NCBI GenBank assembly: GCA_963665115.1
Contig: OY762007.1
Span: 704,001 to 768,000, forward strand
Length of the DNA: 64,000 bases
Origin: an uncultured Rivularia sp.
Lineage (GTDB): Bacteria > Cyanobacteriota > Cyanobacteriia > Cyanobacteriales > Nostocaceae
Direction: 5' to 3'
Shown here: piece after piece, positions 63,086 through 64,000 of the stretch
Position numbering within the stretch: position 1 is the first letter of the stretch
How the letters are laid out: every line of letters starts with the position of its first letter
Made by a program: the position numbers and the translations under genes
Notes under the pieces: generated by a model
The model's database searches: none
Told to the model about the DNA's origin: nothing
Seen by the model: the letters and a program-made list of their open reading frames with translations, nothing else

Positions 63086-63335
63086 TTAAGTGGGTACCAA
63101 TTCACCGGGGACGTAATTTAGACCATTTACCTTGTTCTTCTTTAAAACTTAAACATCCTACAACATCCCATTCCATTTCAATTATTTCGCCTTCGGTGCG
63201 GATATTTACGTTTATACTGGGTTCGTTAGGATCAAAGGTTGGTGTTTCTGTTAAGTGAAGTTGTTGGTGCTGTGTTTCTACTGCATTGTAGGTAGCACAG
63301 CGATCTACATAATGACAATTTACACAAATACACAT
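63086..63335 (-). CDS. ycf34: Ycf34 family protein, +1 frameshift at 63107-63110
   Basis: MCICVNCHYVDRC, EWDVVGCLSF; removing one base gives RPGELVPT*. Confidence 0.92.
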
Positions 63336-63430
63336 ATTAAAACCAAGTTATAGTTTCAGTTTCGCTTTGTTTTTATTCTAACGATTAGCTACGCTGTTGT
63401 TGCCTAGCCTTTGAGTTTATTTTTATTACA

Positions 63431-64000
63431 ATGTACGGTTCAATTCTGTCTAAATTTACACCAGAATCTTTACCTTTTAATCTGGAATTATTACCAAAAC
63501 CAGCTTACCTGGTAGGTGGTGCGGTACGAGATGCTATTTTAGCAAGAAATCGAGAATATCTGGATTTAGATTTTATTTTACCTTCAGAAGCGGTAAATGT
63601 AGCTCGTAAAATAGCGAAATATCATCAAGCTGGTTTTGTTTTACTTGATGAGCAAAGGCAAATTGCTCGCGTGGTGTTTCCCGATGCTACCGTTGATATT
63701 GCCCAACAGGAAGGCGATTCTTTAGAAACTGATTTGCATCGGCGTGATTTTACAATAAATGCCATAGCTTACAATATTCATACTCAAGAAATCATCGATC
63801 CGTTACAAGGCGGTGCAGATTTAGCAAAGGGTATTTTACGGATGATATCACCTGCTAACTTAGAAGATGACCCTTTACGTTTAATGCGAGGATATCGGCA
63901 AGCGGCACAGTTGGGATTTACCATTGAAGCAGAAACTCAATCTACAATTCGCGCTTTAGCTTCTCATTTAGAAAAAGTTGCTGCGGAACGAATACGGGTA
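63431..64000 (+). CDS. CCA tRNA nucleotidyltransferase / poly(A) polymerase family, truncated by the window end
   Basis: My translation: YLVGGAVRD..DLDF, DLHRRDFTINAIA, EDDPLRLMR. Confidence 0.92.
   Translation, partial: MYGSILSKFTPESLPFNLELLPKPAYLVGGAVRDAILARNREYLDLDFILPSEAVNVARKIAKYHQAGFVLLDEQRQIARVVFPDATVDIAQQEGDSLETDLHRRDFTINAIAYNIHTQEIIDPLQGGADLAKGILRMISPANLEDDPLRLMRGYRQAAQLGFTIEAETQSTIRALASHLEKVAAERIRV

Noticed and set aside
1..64000. tRNA, rRNA, reverse transcriptase, integrase or prophage genes
   Set aside because: None recognised by eye; tRNAscan-SE and Infernal would be needed to exclude small RNAs

Overview
64 kb of AT-rich chromosome from a filamentous, probably heterocyst-forming (Nostocales-like) cyanobacterium, judged from frequent HIP1 GCGATCGC sites, heptamer STRR tracts, ycf34, pxcA and COP23. 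It holds housekeeping genes (ileS, thrC, tsaB, a CCA-type nucleotidyltransferase), a stress cluster (tspO, group 2 sigma factor, dps, CsbD-like) and a GC-richer katG. It also carries a COP23/trypsin-TPR protease cluster, glycosyltransferases, a porin, two TA pairs, an IS630, two IS200/IS605 (TnpA+TnpB) elements, and a type III-like CRISPR array (21 repeats, 20 spacers) with no cas genes in the window. Most notable: (1) a three-gene operon of a winged-helix-like protein, a P-loop ATPase and a DEDDy exonuclease/Cas4-like Fe-S nuclease/FtsK fusion; (2) one GTAG-REP palindrome family that sits at the edge of a different tandem array at four loci, one in frame inside a gene; (3) a MITE-IS630-MITE stack in one TA site; (4) a TnpB with a rearranged, Fanzor-like RuvC-II. 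Eight genes are broken by +1 homopolymer insertions, most likely sequencing errors. All calls are from manual reading; no database searches were run.
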